A stretch of 59,858 bases of DNA, taken from Patescibacteria group bacterium. GTDB taxonomy: Bacteria > Patescibacteriota > UBA1384 > UBA12157 > JAENIV01. Positions 47,215 to 57,341 of the stretch are shown piece by piece. The translations under genes and the position numbers were made by a program. The stretch spans positions 72,855 to 132,712 of the forward strand of contig JBEKTP010000001.1 of the NCBI GenBank assembly GCA_049515915.1, in the 5' to 3' direction. The stretch's first letter is position 1. Each line of letters opens with the position of its first letter. The notes beneath the pieces were generated by a model that did no database searches, was not told where the DNA came from, and was given only the letters and a program-made list of their open reading frames with translations.

Positions 47215-47405
47215 TTGGCCAACTTTCTTAAATCCTCGACGCATTTTCGGCAGTTTCCCTGAAGTTTAAGATAATCTTGATACGATAAAACCACCGCGAC
47301 GGGCTCGCTATAGCGCATCACTTCAAAAACGTCACCGCTTTCCGTTTCGCGGATGACTTTGGAAATTTTTGATTGCAGCTCATTGACGTTAATAGTTTTG
47401 TTCAT
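47211..47405 (-). CDS. Phd/YefM-family antitoxin-like protein with C-terminal CRKC
   Basis: TINVNELQSKISKVIR...EVMRYSEPVAVVLSYQDY Phd pattern; ATGA overlap with iscS. Confidence 0.75.
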   Translation of the reverse strand: MNKTINVNELQSKISKVIRETESGDVFEVMRYSEPVAVVLSYQDYLKLQGNCRKCVEDLRKLAK

Positions 47406-47509
47406 CTTTCTTTTGCTCTTTTTGATCTTTAATTTTTTATTTATCAATTGTATATTACATTCTATATACCTTTTTGTCAAATCTTTCAACCTTACTCAGG
47501 GTAAATTAA

Positions 47510-47540
47510 ATGACCCGGGCAGGACTCCTGCCCGGGTCAT
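47510..47540 (-). terminator. terminator of GC-rich orphan gene
   Basis: perfect 14-bp stem ATGACCCGGGCAGG/CCTGCCCGGGTCAT followed by UUAAUUU on minus. Confidence 0.75.
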
Positions 47541-47568
47541 TGCGTCCACTGGATCTGATACGTACCGG

Positions 47569-48396
47569 TTAACCCCTTGCTTGCTTTGGGGGTTGAGCGA
47601 TGAAGGCGGCGAGAACAATCTCCTCGCCGTTTTGTCTCACCGCAAGGATATGCCGCTCGGAATCATGATCGAATCGGAGATAGCGGCAGGAATCCACCGC
47701 CACCAACCGGCCGACACCGCGCTTGAGATCTTCCAGATGCGGCGCCCAAAGCGGCGGGTCGAAAACGTAGGTACCCCCGGGCTTAAGCCGCTTACGCATC
47801 GCGCGGTTGATCACTCTGACTTTGATAGACAGTCCGTCCGCTGTCTTGAGAGGGCCGCTCTGAGTCTTGATGAGGCCGTTGGGCATTACGTAGATACGAA
47901 TGCCCTTAACAACCTGGAGTTGGGGAAAATCAGTTGGGTTAAGCTCGATCCCCGTCTCGACAGCCTCAATGGCCGGTTCCTGTTCTGGCGTAGTCGTCGT
48001 CGGCGCGGCGTTCAGCCAGAGTTCGCGCCCGTCGGCGTCCTTGACCCAAGAAATCATGAAGTCATCGAGCACGAGCTCTCGCTCGTCTCCTTCGTAGTAG
48101 AAGTAGAATCTGCTGCCATTCCATTCGATGTACCCTTGTTTGACCCGGTAGATCCCGATATTATGATCGAGCGGCTCGAGAGTCACCAGGTCGGGATGCG
48201 ACCGAGCAATCGCGAACATCACACCGTAGGGCGCCCGTTCGTTGAACCGGAACGAATAACCCCCGTCGTGGAAAAGCTCGAAACCGGCGTGAGACTCGCG
48301 CCGGCTATCCCGCGGTTGCCATGGCTCATCCGATCGCGAACTCCTCGGGAAGAGCTTGTCGACCGAGCGAAAAGTATCGAAAGGGTCCATCAGCAT
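47569..48396 (-). CDS. orphan protein (about 275 aa), GC-rich
   Basis: GAGGAGG RBS before ATG 48405/48396; promoter TTGACG-17-TATATT upstream; own terminator. Confidence 0.7.
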   Translation of the reverse strand: MLMDPFDTFRSVDKLFPRSSRSDEPWQPRDSRRESHAGFELFHDGGYSFRFNERAPYGVMFAIARSHPDLVTLEPLDHNIGIYRVKQGYIEWNGSRFYFYYEGDERELVLDDFMISWVKDADGRELWLNAAPTTTTPEQEPAIEAVETGIELNPTDFPQLQVVKGIRIYVMPNGLIKTQSGPLKTADGLSIKVRVINRAMRKRLKPGGTYVFDPPLWAPHLEDLKRGVGRLVAVDSCRYLRFDHDSERHILAVRQNGEEIVLAAFIAQPPKQARG

Positions 48397-48506
48397 TGCC
48401 GTCATCCTCCTCGGAATTGGTGACCAGTAGAAACTACCGGTTAAATACTGCAGCGCTAGGTGAAATATAGCACTTTTTCTTAAAATCGTCAATAAAAAAT
48501 TCAAAC

Positions 48507-49028
48507 TTACTGCACCGGGGTTTTTGTCCAGCTTAAAGAGTACAAAGTCAAATTATTATTTTCAGATTCAACCAGCAGCGTCAACTCATCCGAATCTCTT
48601 AAAAATTGAAAAGTTCTTTGATCACTACTTTCTAAAACCCAACCGCCACTTTCAAGTATTTTTTTATAATAATCGGTAATTAAACTGGAACCGGCCGGCG
48701 CCATATATTCATCGGTGACAAAGTTTTGATCATCTGAAAGATAATAGCTTGTTCGAATCGAATTCGGATATCGCGGCGCCACTGTCAAGTCCTCGCCGGC
48801 CACGTCAAAAGCGGGCATCGCCATTTGCGTGGAAGTCGGTTCCACGGTGGGCACGGTCACTGGGTTTTTAGAAACATTCAAGGCCGTGTGAGCGACCGTT
48901 TTGGCTTTCAAAAAAAGCCAGTAAGCCGTGCCGCCGGCCCAGAAAAATATAAAAAGAACAATCAAAATTAAAACCAGTGCCAGCTTAGAGAAAGACCTTT
49001 TCGCGTTGGAGTGCTTCGACTTTTCCAT
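48507..49028 (-). CDS. membrane-anchored hypothetical protein
   Basis: single N-terminal TM helix; host-like codon usage. Confidence 0.75.
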   Translation of the reverse strand: MEKSKHSNAKRSFSKLALVLILIVLFIFFWAGGTAYWLFLKAKTVAHTALNVSKNPVTVPTVEPTSTQMAMPAFDVAGEDLTVAPRYPNSIRTSYYLSDDQNFVTDEYMAPAGSSLITDYYKKILESGGWVLESSDQRTFQFLRDSDELTLLVESENNNLTLYSLSWTKTPVQ

Positions 49029-49096
49029 ACTCCCATCCTATCATCGCTTCATCTTTTTGTCATTTATCCTTGACCCAGACGTAATTTTATTCGGCT

Positions 49097-49855
49097 TTAA
49101 AATTTAAATAATTTTTCGGCGTTTTTTGAAGTTTGTTCAGCCACTTTTAAGAGAGGAAGTTTTTTTATCTCCGCAATTTTTTTGGCAATTTCAACCACAA
49201 AAGCCGGTTCATTTCTTCGCCCACGATATGGTTCTGGACTCATATAGGGACAATCGGTTTCAATCATTAGCCTGTCTAAAGGCACGTTTTCGATGACTTC
49301 CATCGTTTCAGAGTTTTTCGAAAAAGTAATTAATCCCGTAAATGAAATATAGAGACCCAAATCCAAAACAACTTTAGCAAAATTCCAATTCCCTTGAAAA
49401 CAGTGCATCACGCCCATTAGATCGTTTTTTTCTTCCATCAAAACTGACAAAACGTCGTCCGAAGCATCGCGCGAATGCAAAATCAGGGGTTTGGCAAATT
49501 TTTGGGCTAAATTTAAGTGTCTACGAAAAAGTTCTTTTTGCGCTTCCGCGCTCTGGTGATCATAATAATCCAAGCCTGTTTCTCCAACCGCTACGACTTT
49601 GGAATTTTTAACGATTTTTTCATACTCCGATATCTCGAAGTCTTCTTCTTTAACATGAATCGGATGAAGACCAATTGAGGCATAAAGGCCGCTCGGATAT
49701 TCACCAGTGATCTCGATTGCTTTTTTCGATGTTTCTAAATTCGAGCCAACGTTAATAATGGCTCGTACATCAGCGTTAAAAGCACGATCAATCGCTTCTT
49801 TGTAATCATCTTTGAACTTTTCAAAGTTTAAATGCGCGTGAGTGTCGATAAACAT
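49097..49855 (-). CDS. tatD: TatD-family nuclease
   Basis: IDTHAHL, GETGLDY, LHSR, HCF, ETDCPY. Confidence 0.95.
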   Translation of the reverse strand: MFIDTHAHLNFEKFKDDYKEAIDRAFNADVRAIINVGSNLETSKKAIEITGEYPSGLYASIGLHPIHVKEEDFEISEYEKIVKNSKVVAVGETGLDYYDHQSAEAQKELFRRHLNLAQKFAKPLILHSRDASDDVLSVLMEEKNDLMGVMHCFQGNWNFAKVVLDLGLYISFTGLITFSKNSETMEVIENVPLDRLMIETDCPYMSPEPYRGRRNEPAFVVEIAKKIAEIKKLPLLKVAEQTSKNAEKLFKF

Positions 49856-49884
49856 AATTCAAAATTTAAAATTCACATTTGAAA

Positions 49885-50721
49885 TTATTTTCCCAAGGTC
49901 GTAGCATACACAATGCAGCCTAAAATTACAACCGCGCAAGCCACGGTTCGAAACTTTAATTTTTCATGTAAAGTTACCTTCGAGAGCATATAAACCAAAA
50001 TTGGTGCCAAAATTAAGATTAACGAAGTGTAAATGACGCCATATTTTTCAAAGCCATAAAATTTAGTCACCATTTGAACAACTCCAAGAGCCGAACTCGA
50101 TAAAATCAGCCAAGTATTAGTCGAACTGATTTGCTCGACCCGCGGACGATAAAAAAAGTAAAAAAAGACAAAAAGAACTAGGGTTCTAAGAAAGTATAAA
50201 GCCACCGGTGAATAAGCTTCGAGCAAGATTTTTTGCAAAATAATCTCCACGGACATAAAAACCACGGCCAGAATCAAACCCCAAGAATATTGATCGAATT
50301 CAAAATGCTTTTTCTTTAAGTGCGCGATGATAAGCGCGATGGCCGCTAAAACCGAAGCAATAAAAACGTGGGCGTTGATATTTCGCTCAATCAAAATGGC
50401 CGCCAAAAAGATGGTAAACAAGGGCTGGAACATCATAATCAGCTCAAACTCCTGAACCTTTTCTTTCTGAGCGCCAAGATAGTAAAAAATATTCCAAACG
50501 GCAGCGGCCACGAGCATTCCTAAAAAGGCCAATAAATATTTCGGTTCAAGCGAGAGACTGGAAACTTTACCCAAAGAGGGCACGAAGAGACCCGTCAAAA
50601 GCATTAAAAACATAAAAAGAACGGGGATGAAAACTCGGATTTCCATCCGCCGCCGTGTGAGAATCACTTTATCGATAATTGTATTAGTCGCCGAAGATAT
50701 AGCCGAAATAAAAGCAAACAC
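49885..50721 (-). CDS. DMT/EamA-family transporter
   Basis: about 10 TM helices in two repeats. Confidence 0.8.
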   Translation of the reverse strand: MFAFISAISSATNTIIDKVILTRRRMEIRVFIPVLFMFLMLLTGLFVPSLGKVSSLSLEPKYLLAFLGMLVAAAVWNIFYYLGAQKEKVQEFELIMMFQPLFTIFLAAILIERNINAHVFIASVLAAIALIIAHLKKKHFEFDQYSWGLILAVVFMSVEIILQKILLEAYSPVALYFLRTLVLFVFFYFFYRPRVEQISSTNTWLILSSSALGVVQMVTKFYGFEKYGVIYTSLILILAPILVYMLSKVTLHEKLKFRTVACAVVILGCIVYATTLGK

Positions 50722-50760
50722 AACCCTCCTTTAGACGTTACAAGTTACACGTCTAACATA

Positions 50761-52182
50761 TCACCTTTTCCTGGGAAAAATCACGTACGGCTTTCTGCTT
50801 TTTAACTGCTCGGTGATTGACCAGGCAGTTTCGGGCATAAATGGATCAATAAGATATGTAATCTGAGCGAGTGATGCCAAAAGTTGACTAATAACTTCAT
50901 TTAATTTTTGAGGATTTTGCTTGGCTAATGCCCAAGGTTTTTCCAAATCAATTTTTTGATTTTCGGCGGTAATGATTTTCCAGATCAAATCTAAGGCTTT
51001 GTTAAATTCTAAGTTTTCAATCGCCCGATCAATTTCATGAGAGAGTTTCACCTCGAGCTGATATTGCCATTTAATATTGTATTTATTAGCCATTGTAATG
51101 ACCCGCTGAACTAAATTTCCTAAATCATTGGCCAGATCGTGTCGGTACCTTTGCTCAAGCCGTTCGATCGAAAAATCGCCATCTTGGCCGAACGGAATCT
51201 CGCGAAAAAGAAAATATCGCAACGGATCGACACCATAGGTTTTAACCACTTCTAATGGATCAATAACATTGCCTTGAGTTTTGGACATTTTTTCGCCATT
51301 GACAGTCAGCATGCCGTGAATAAATATTTTTTTTGGTAGCTCAAAACCGGTGGCCAAAAGGAGCGCCGGCCAAATGACACAGTGAAAACGCGAGATTTCA
51401 CCGCCAATCATTTGCAAATACGGCGGCCAATTGCCGCGTGAACCAGTGATATAATTTAACAAAGCGTCAACCCAAACATAAATTGTCTGCGTTTTATCCC
51501 AAGGCACCGTAATTCCCCACGGCACTTTGCTGCGGGAAATCGCCAGGTCTTGCAAAGGCTTTTTCAAAAAACTTAAAATTTCATTTTTCCGCGCCACGGG
51601 CATAACCTCAATTTTACCACTTTCAATAATTTCAATAATTTGTTTTTGATATTTGGAAAGTTTAAAAAAATAGACGTCTTCATAAACGGCTTGGCAAGCC
51701 GTTTTATGAATCGGGCAAAGATTGCCTTCCAATAATTCATTAGGCATTTTATATTCTTCACAAGCGACACAGTAAAGCCCTTGATAACGGTCCTTATAGA
51801 TTTCGCCTAAGTCATGAAGTTTCCCTACAAAATCCTGAACGTATTTTTCGTGGGCGGGGTCGGTCGTTCGAACAAAATTATCATACTTGATTTCTAAAGC
51901 CGACCACGCTGCTTGGTATCGAAGAGAAACTTCGTCCACAAATGCTTTAGGTGGTAAGCCCCGACTTTCGGCTTCTTGCGCAATCTTTTGCCCATGCTCG
52001 TCCGTGCCGGTCAAAAAGAAAACGTCGCGGCCGTGTTTACGCCAATAGCGCGCCAAAATATCGGCGGCGATTTTCTCATAAGCGTGGCCGATGTGCGGCG
52101 CTGACGTCGTATAATCAATCGCCGTGGTAATATAAAAAACATCTTTAATATTCGTTGATGGTTTCGGTTGAGTATTATTCAT
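50761..52182 (-). CDS. metG: methionine--tRNA ligase, short form
   Basis: HIGH, GTDEHG, YVWVDAL, KMSKT. Confidence 0.97.
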   Translation of the reverse strand: MNNTQPKPSTNIKDVFYITTAIDYTTSAPHIGHAYEKIAADILARYWRKHGRDVFFLTGTDEHGQKIAQEAESRGLPPKAFVDEVSLRYQAAWSALEIKYDNFVRTTDPAHEKYVQDFVGKLHDLGEIYKDRYQGLYCVACEEYKMPNELLEGNLCPIHKTACQAVYEDVYFFKLSKYQKQIIEIIESGKIEVMPVARKNEILSFLKKPLQDLAISRSKVPWGITVPWDKTQTIYVWVDALLNYITGSRGNWPPYLQMIGGEISRFHCVIWPALLLATGFELPKKIFIHGMLTVNGEKMSKTQGNVIDPLEVVKTYGVDPLRYFLFREIPFGQDGDFSIERLEQRYRHDLANDLGNLVQRVITMANKYNIKWQYQLEVKLSHEIDRAIENLEFNKALDLIWKIITAENQKIDLEKPWALAKQNPQKLNEVISQLLASLAQITYLIDPFMPETAWSITEQLKSRKPYVIFPRKR

Positions 52183-52219
52183 TTTTTTCGTATATTTGTA
52201 TCTATTTCGTATTAAATGC

Positions 52220-52864
52220 TTAGCGTATCAATATCACGAATTCTCCCTGCTCTTTAATTTTTGGTTGGATTGACGATACTTTACCGCGAAGGATTTCCTC
52301 AAATTTTTTGGTCAATTCTCGGCCGACAATGACCTGGCGATCACCCAAATTTTCTTTAATATCCATTAAGGTTTTTTTGATTCGATGTGGCGATTCGAAA
52401 ATGACGATCGGATACTCAAAATTCTTAATCGTTTTAAACAAGGTCTGACGGCCTTTTTTCTTGGGCAAAAACCCTAAAAATAAATATTTATCCGTTAAAA
52501 TCCCGCTTTGTGAGAGCAACAAAGTTGCCGCGTCCGGCCCGGGAACAGCCTCTACTTCAATTTTATGCTTTAGCGCCTCGGCAATCAAGACGCCGCCCGG
52601 ATCGGCAATCCCAGGCGTACCGGCATCAGTAACAAGGGCGATATTTTGGCCGGATTTTAGTTGATCGATTAAGTAATCAATTTTTTGCAAGCGTGAGTGC
52701 TGATGAAACGAAATCAAGGGTTTTTTAATATCGTAGTATTGCAGTAAGATTGCTGTCCGCCGGGTGTCTTCGCAAGCAATCAAATCTACCTCGCGCAAAA
52801 GACGCAAAGCCCGCAAAGTAATATCCTCTAAATTTCCGATAGGGGTAGCAACAATAAACAACAT
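52220..52864 (-). CDS. rsmI: 16S rRNA C1402 2'-O-methyltransferase
   Basis: VATPIGNLEDIT, EDTR, DAGTPGIADPG, ESPHR, RELTK. Confidence 0.96.
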   Translation of the reverse strand: MLFIVATPIGNLEDITLRALRLLREVDLIACEDTRRTAILLQYYDIKKPLISFHQHSRLQKIDYLIDQLKSGQNIALVTDAGTPGIADPGGVLIAEALKHKIEVEAVPGPDAATLLLSQSGILTDKYLFLGFLPKKKGRQTLFKTIKNFEYPIVIFESPHRIKKTLMDIKENLGDRQVIVGRELTKKFEEILRGKVSSIQPKIKEQGEFVILIR

Positions 52865-52889
52865 AATGAATTTTACAATTTATAATTTT

Positions 52890-54344
52890 TTAAAAGAATG
52901 CATAAATTGTCGCAATCGCTGTAATAATCATCAAGCCCGCCGCCAACCAACCAATCGTGGCGGTCAAGCGCGAGTTGTGATGAGAGTTCATTATACTCTT
53001 ATTTGAAGAAATAATCGAGATTAAAACCAAAATAATCGGCGCCACTAGACCGTTGGCGACAGCGGCGTAGATGAGAGCTTTAATCGGGTCGAGGTGAACA
53101 AAATTTAACAAGAGACCGATACCCATCGAAAGAATAATGACGCCGTAAAAATACACGGCCTGGCGCAAGCGCAAATTAAGGCCTTCGCGCCAGCCGAAAC
53201 TTTCGCTCGTGGCGTAAGAAGCCGAGCCGGCCAAAACCGGAATTCCCAATAGACCAGTGGCGATAATGCCCACGGCAAACAAGAGAGAAGCGTAATTACC
53301 AGCGAGAGGTTTAAGTGCCGCCGCGGCATCAGCGGCCGAACCGATATTGGTAATCCCGTGCGCAAACAAAGTTGCCCCGCAAACGGCAACAATAAAAAAC
53401 ATCACCAAATTCGAAAAAAACATCCCTACCCAAACATCCAAGCGCATTTTTTTAATTTCTTGAGAGGCCACCTGCTGCCGCGCAGCAATCGTTTCCTTGC
53501 CCTCGGAAATTTCCTCTTCAACTTCTTGAGAAGTCTGCCAAAAAAATAAATAGGGTGAAATCGTCGTGCCCAAAATGCCGGTAATTAAAATGATTTGGCT
53601 TTTGCTCCATGAAAGTGAAGGAATCACGGTGTGCTTTAAGACCGTAAGCCACGGAAATCCTTTGATCGTAAAAGCCGTCACGACATAAACCAGTAAAGTC
53701 AAGGCCAAATATTTAAGATATTTGGCGTATTTTTCATACGAAATAAAGATTTGCAAAATTAAAGACAAAGCCACAAAGCCGATAACTAAAAACCAAAAAG
53801 GTAAGAATGATCCCAGCAGCTGAGTGGCTTTGGCCATGCCACCTAAATCAGCGCCGATATTAAACGAGTTAGCGAGCAACACCAAAATCGCCACCGAATA
53901 AGCTAGCGTTTTGGGAAAGTGCTTCTTAATATTGTAAGCCAGCCCGCGGCCGGTCGCGAGCCCAATCCGCGCGCACATTTCTTGAACGACAGCCATCAGC
54001 GGAAAAGTCAGTGGCGCGAGCCACAGCAATTGAAAACCATATTTGGCGCCTTGTTGCGAATAAGTCGCCACGCCGGAGGGGTCGTCGTCGGCGGCACCGG
54101 TTGTCAGCCCCGGCCCCAGTCCATACCAAAAATGCTTGACCGTGTTGACCGGTGACACAGCCGCTTTTTTAACTACTTTAAGGCCACCTTTTTCCACTTC
54201 AACGGTCGTTTTGACCGCCTGAGCAACGGTTTTTGATGGCTCAACAATAATTTCTTCACCGAGTGCTTTTCCAATACTTAGACTATCAACCGGCAAGGTT
54301 TTTTTGAGTTCGTCTTTGCTTTCAAAAATTTCTTTCTTCGCCAT
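52890..54344 (-). CDS. NRAMP-family divalent metal transporter
   Basis: GAADDDPSGVATY, GTTISPYLFFWQ; ATG 54344 likely start. Confidence 0.9.
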   Translation of the reverse strand: MAKKEIFESKDELKKTLPVDSLSIGKALGEEIIVEPSKTVAQAVKTTVEVEKGGLKVVKKAAVSPVNTVKHFWYGLGPGLTTGAADDDPSGVATYSQQGAKYGFQLLWLAPLTFPLMAVVQEMCARIGLATGRGLAYNIKKHFPKTLAYSVAILVLLANSFNIGADLGGMAKATQLLGSFLPFWFLVIGFVALSLILQIFISYEKYAKYLKYLALTLLVYVVTAFTIKGFPWLTVLKHTVIPSLSWSKSQIILITGILGTTISPYLFFWQTSQEVEEEISEGKETIAARQQVASQEIKKMRLDVWVGMFFSNLVMFFIVAVCGATLFAHGITNIGSAADAAAALKPLAGNYASLLFAVGIIATGLLGIPVLAGSASYATSESFGWREGLNLRLRQAVYFYGVIILSMGIGLLLNFVHLDPIKALIYAAVANGLVAPIILVLISIISSNKSIMNSHHNSRLTATIGWLAAGLMIITAIATIYAFF

Positions 54345-54428
54345 ATTTTTAGTATAGCAGGAGATTTCGAGTTCCAAAAGAATTTTATTTCTTTAGCGCT
54401 TTCTCTCCTGGTCAGATCCTTCTTAGAT

Positions 54429-54854
54429 TTAAGGATGAAGTTTTCCGTACATAAAAATCGAACCCAAAACCGCGAAAGGAAGTGTTAATAATATCACCAA
54501 AATACCAAAAATTCGCGAGGTCCAACTTTTACGGCAGATTAAAAAAATCCCCGCCGCCCAACCAAACAAAATAAAAATGCGGGTAGAAATAAATTCTTTT
54601 TGAGAATTGTAGGGCGAAGCAAGTATTACAAAATTAAAGAGTACTCCCAAGGTGTAAGAAATAATTCCGATGGCTTTTTGCCAATTCGTTTTAAATAGAA
54701 AAAATCCTCCCCAAAAATAAAACGAGAGCATTAAAGGTATACCAACTGAAAGATTGTTATTTATTTGCCAAACGTTTCCAAAAAGATAATAAAATAAATA
54801 TATAAAAACAAAAGTTGAGATAAATCCTAAGAATATAAGACCTAATTTTTTCAT
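54429..54854 (-). CDS. small multi-TM membrane protein
   Basis: hydrophobic 141 aa, AT-rich. Confidence 0.7.
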   Translation of the reverse strand: MKKLGLIFLGFISTFVFIYLFYYLFGNVWQINNNLSVGIPLMLSFYFWGGFFLFKTNWQKAIGIISYTLGVLFNFVILASPYNSQKEFISTRIFILFGWAAGIFLICRKSWTSRIFGILVILLTLPFAVLGSIFMYGKLHP

Positions 54855-54898
54855 AACGCCTCGCGGTATATCACGACTTAGAAATTATTTTAGTTGTT

Positions 54899-55159
54899 TT
54901 ACCAACTCAAAAATCCACTGGGCAAATCGCCGTCGAGATACCACTTACCCTGATATTTTACAATCTTGATCGTTTGACCAGACTTTACTTTACAGTAGCC
55001 ATAATCACTGGTCTTACTAATAAGCTCTTTACAGCCGCGAAAAGCGTAATAATTATCAAATGTACTGTGGGCTTTTCGGAGCATAAAAAATTCATATATT
55101 CCCAAAACAATTAAAACTACAACAAGAACCAATATTAAAATTAAGATGTTCTTTTTCAT
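54899..55159 (-). CDS. small membrane-anchored protein
   Basis: N-terminal TM, CKEL...YGYC, KWYLDGDLP. Confidence 0.7.
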   Translation of the reverse strand: MKKNILILILVLVVVLIVLGIYEFFMLRKAHSTFDNYYAFRGCKELISKTSDYGYCKVKSGQTIKIVKYQGKWYLDGDLPSGFLSW

Positions 55160-55180
55160 ACTAACTCATATTGATATTGT

Positions 55181-55360
55181 TTACTTGGCCAAAAAGTGGA
55201 AAGCTTGGTAGACCAAGAATACCGGCCAGACAAGGGCTTTCAAAAATCCGACCACGCCCATGCCAAAACTCGTCGCTTGGCCGATAAAATAAACGGCCGC
55301 ACCAATGAATCCCAGCCCATAAACCGCGCTCGATACCCCATGTTTGTGCATACCTTTCAT
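55181..55360 (-). CDS. 59-aa membrane protein missed by the ORF track
   Basis: AAAGGA RBS; MKGMHKHGVSSAVYGLGFIGAAVYFIGQATSFGMGVVGFLKALVWPVFLVYQAFHFLAK. Confidence 0.8.
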   Translation of the reverse strand: MKGMHKHGVSSAVYGLGFIGAAVYFIGQATSFGMGVVGFLKALVWPVFLVYQAFHFLAK

Positions 55361-55380
55361 ATTATTCCTTTCTAAAGGCC

Positions 55381-55590
55381 TTAAATTATAATTGCGATAA
55401 TAAATACCAAAAGATAAATAACGACGAAGAATATCAAAAAGTTGAGAATATAATCAAAAATCTGCCGACTGAGTGTTCTCTCGGCAAGAATGTTAACATT
55501 TCGCAAGACAAAATTCATGGCGTAAATGACCAACAGCAAGGAAATAACCGCCGACCAAATAGCTCTCTTTAATGATAAAAACAATTTCAT
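55381..55590 (-). CDS. small two-helix membrane protein
   Basis: ATG 55590; hydrophobic. Confidence 0.6.
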   Translation of the reverse strand: MKLFLSLKRAIWSAVISLLLVIYAMNFVLRNVNILAERTLSRQIFDYILNFLIFFVVIYLLVFIIAIII

Positions 55591-55662
55591 AATTATCCTA
55601 TTCAAGTATACTCTTGAATTCCGACCGGTTGCAAGGTATAATGTGGGCAACTTAAAACTTAA

Positions 55663-56439
55663 TTAAATAGTACTCTTAAAGGTCTTGGTTAAATTAATCC
55701 AATCATCGAGCGTCAGATCTTCGGCGCGTTTAATCGGATCGATACTTGAACGTTTCAAAATATCGCGAACTTGGTCTTTCGGCAGTCGCAAAGTCGCCGC
55801 CAGCGAATTATGAATTTGCTGGCGCTTGGCCGCAAATCCGGCTTTGACGATGGCGAAAAATTGTTTGGGTTCGCTATCGGGAAGTTTTTCTTTGGGCACG
55901 ATTTTAATCACTGCACTGTCGACGGCCGGCACCGGGTAAAAATCGTCGCGGGGAACTTGAGCGACAATTTCTGCCGTCGCATAAAACTCTACTATTATAG
56001 TTAATAACCCCCGCGCCGATTCGCCCGCTTTAGCGGTGATTCGCTCAGCGACTTCCTTTTGAACCATCAAAACCAAAAGTTTCGGCCGCGGGCTATTTTC
56101 AATGAATTTTCTAATTAATGGTGAAGTGATGCTGTAAGGAATATTAGCAATAACTTTGTACGGGCCGATGAACTCGGGGCTGAAAAACAAAGCATCCTGG
56201 TGAATGATTTTTAAATTTTTCGCCTTGACGTTTTTTTTCAGCAATTCAATCAACTCGAAATCTTTTTCGACGGCGTAAACTTCTTTCGCATGTTTAGTCA
56301 GTTCTTCGGTGAGAATGCCGGTGCCGGGACCGATTTCTAAAACAATGTCGTCTTTCGATAATTCCGCCGCCTTAATAATCAGCGGCAACACTCCCAGGTT
56401 CTTTAAAAAATATTGTCCGAGATATTTTTTAGGTTTCAT
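55663..56439 (-). CDS. rsmA: 16S rRNA A1518/A1519 dimethyltransferase
   Basis: KKYLGQYFL, EIGPGTG, ANIPYSIT, QKEVAER, FYPVPAVDS. Confidence 0.97.
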   Translation of the reverse strand: MKPKKYLGQYFLKNLGVLPLIIKAAELSKDDIVLEIGPGTGILTEELTKHAKEVYAVEKDFELIELLKKNVKAKNLKIIHQDALFFSPEFIGPYKVIANIPYSITSPLIRKFIENSPRPKLLVLMVQKEVAERITAKAGESARGLLTIIVEFYATAEIVAQVPRDDFYPVPAVDSAVIKIVPKEKLPDSEPKQFFAIVKAGFAAKRQQIHNSLAATLRLPKDQVRDILKRSSIDPIKRAEDLTLDDWINLTKTFKSTI

Positions 56440-57341
56440 ATATTTAATGGCGGATAATATTTATCAACCTGGACATTTTGCAAAATGCCCATCCCGATCG
56501 TGCCACCAAGCGCTTGGAAAGCATCCAGTGAAAGATCAATCACGGCCGAAGTACCGACACCGCCACCGATAATCGTCACTGTTACCTCTCTACCATTATT
56601 TAAATTAACGACCGTCACTTTGGTGCCCGGTTTAATCGAATTATTAGAACCGGTCAGCGGTTTTTGATATGAATCGTAAGAAGCTTTGCCGCTGGCATAG
56701 ACAACGATTTTTGTCCCGACATCAACAATTTTATTAACCGGTTGTTTGACGACCGTGCTGGAGGTAAGCGTTTTTGAGACATCGACACCGTTAACTCTTT
56801 TGACGGTATAAGTATTTTGCTTTTGGCCGTTTTGACCTTGCTGCTCGACGCGAGTTTGATTTTTTTCCATCGTCGGATCATTTTTTTTAACCGTTTGATA
56901 AGCGATACTTTCCGTTTCGGTGACCTCAACTTCGGCCACGCGGGTAATCGTCACCGTCAGATCCGGCGTGATAGGCGTAGTGATAGCTGGGTCTGCCGTG
57001 TCTTCACCTAAAAGTCCGATGTTATTTTCCGCTAAAAGCCCTTGAATATCTTTCTGCCAAGTCCGATAAGTTGTGATGTGGCCGGCGTCATTGACAACGA
57101 CCGGCGTAGCGCGGATAATTGTCAACTGGCTTCCGACGCCAAGGGCCGGATCAGGAAAAACGTTAAACTTATCTTCGGGAAAAACCGTCACCCCAAGATT
57201 AGCCAACATCTCGTTAGCACTCTGAAAAGCCGGCGCGCCGTAATAAATTTCCGTCGGATGATTCAGATCAGAGCCAGCTTGCACGCCTGAAACGAGCGGC
57301 ACAATTGGATGGATACTGACATGAATAAACCAGAGTATCAA
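56436..57341 (-). CDS. YabE/RpfB-like surface protein (DUF348, G5, DPBB-like C-terminus)
   Basis: G5 pattern (QQGQNG...VKQPVNKIVDVGT), C-terminal GKASY...IDLSLDAF; start codon uncertain. Confidence 0.8.
   Translation of the reverse strand: MILWFIHVSIHPIVPLVSGVQAGSDLNHPTEIYYGAPAFQSANEMLANLGVTVFPEDKFNVFPDPALGVGSQLTIIRATPVVVNDAGHITTYRTWQKDIQGLLAENNIGLLGEDTADPAITTPITPDLTVTITRVAEVEVTETESIAYQTVKKNDPTMEKNQTRVEQQGQNGQKQNTYTVKRVNGVDVSKTLTSSTVVKQPVNKIVDVGTKIVVYASGKASYDSYQKPLTGSNNSIKPGTKVTVVNLNNGREVTVTIIGGGVGTSAVIDLSLDAFQALGGTIGMGILQNVQVDKYYPPLNI

Noticed and set aside
47353-48423. 356-aa plus-strand ORF as the real gene
   Set aside because: Promoter, SD and terminator all support the minus frame; the plus ORF also overlaps the Phd-like gene.
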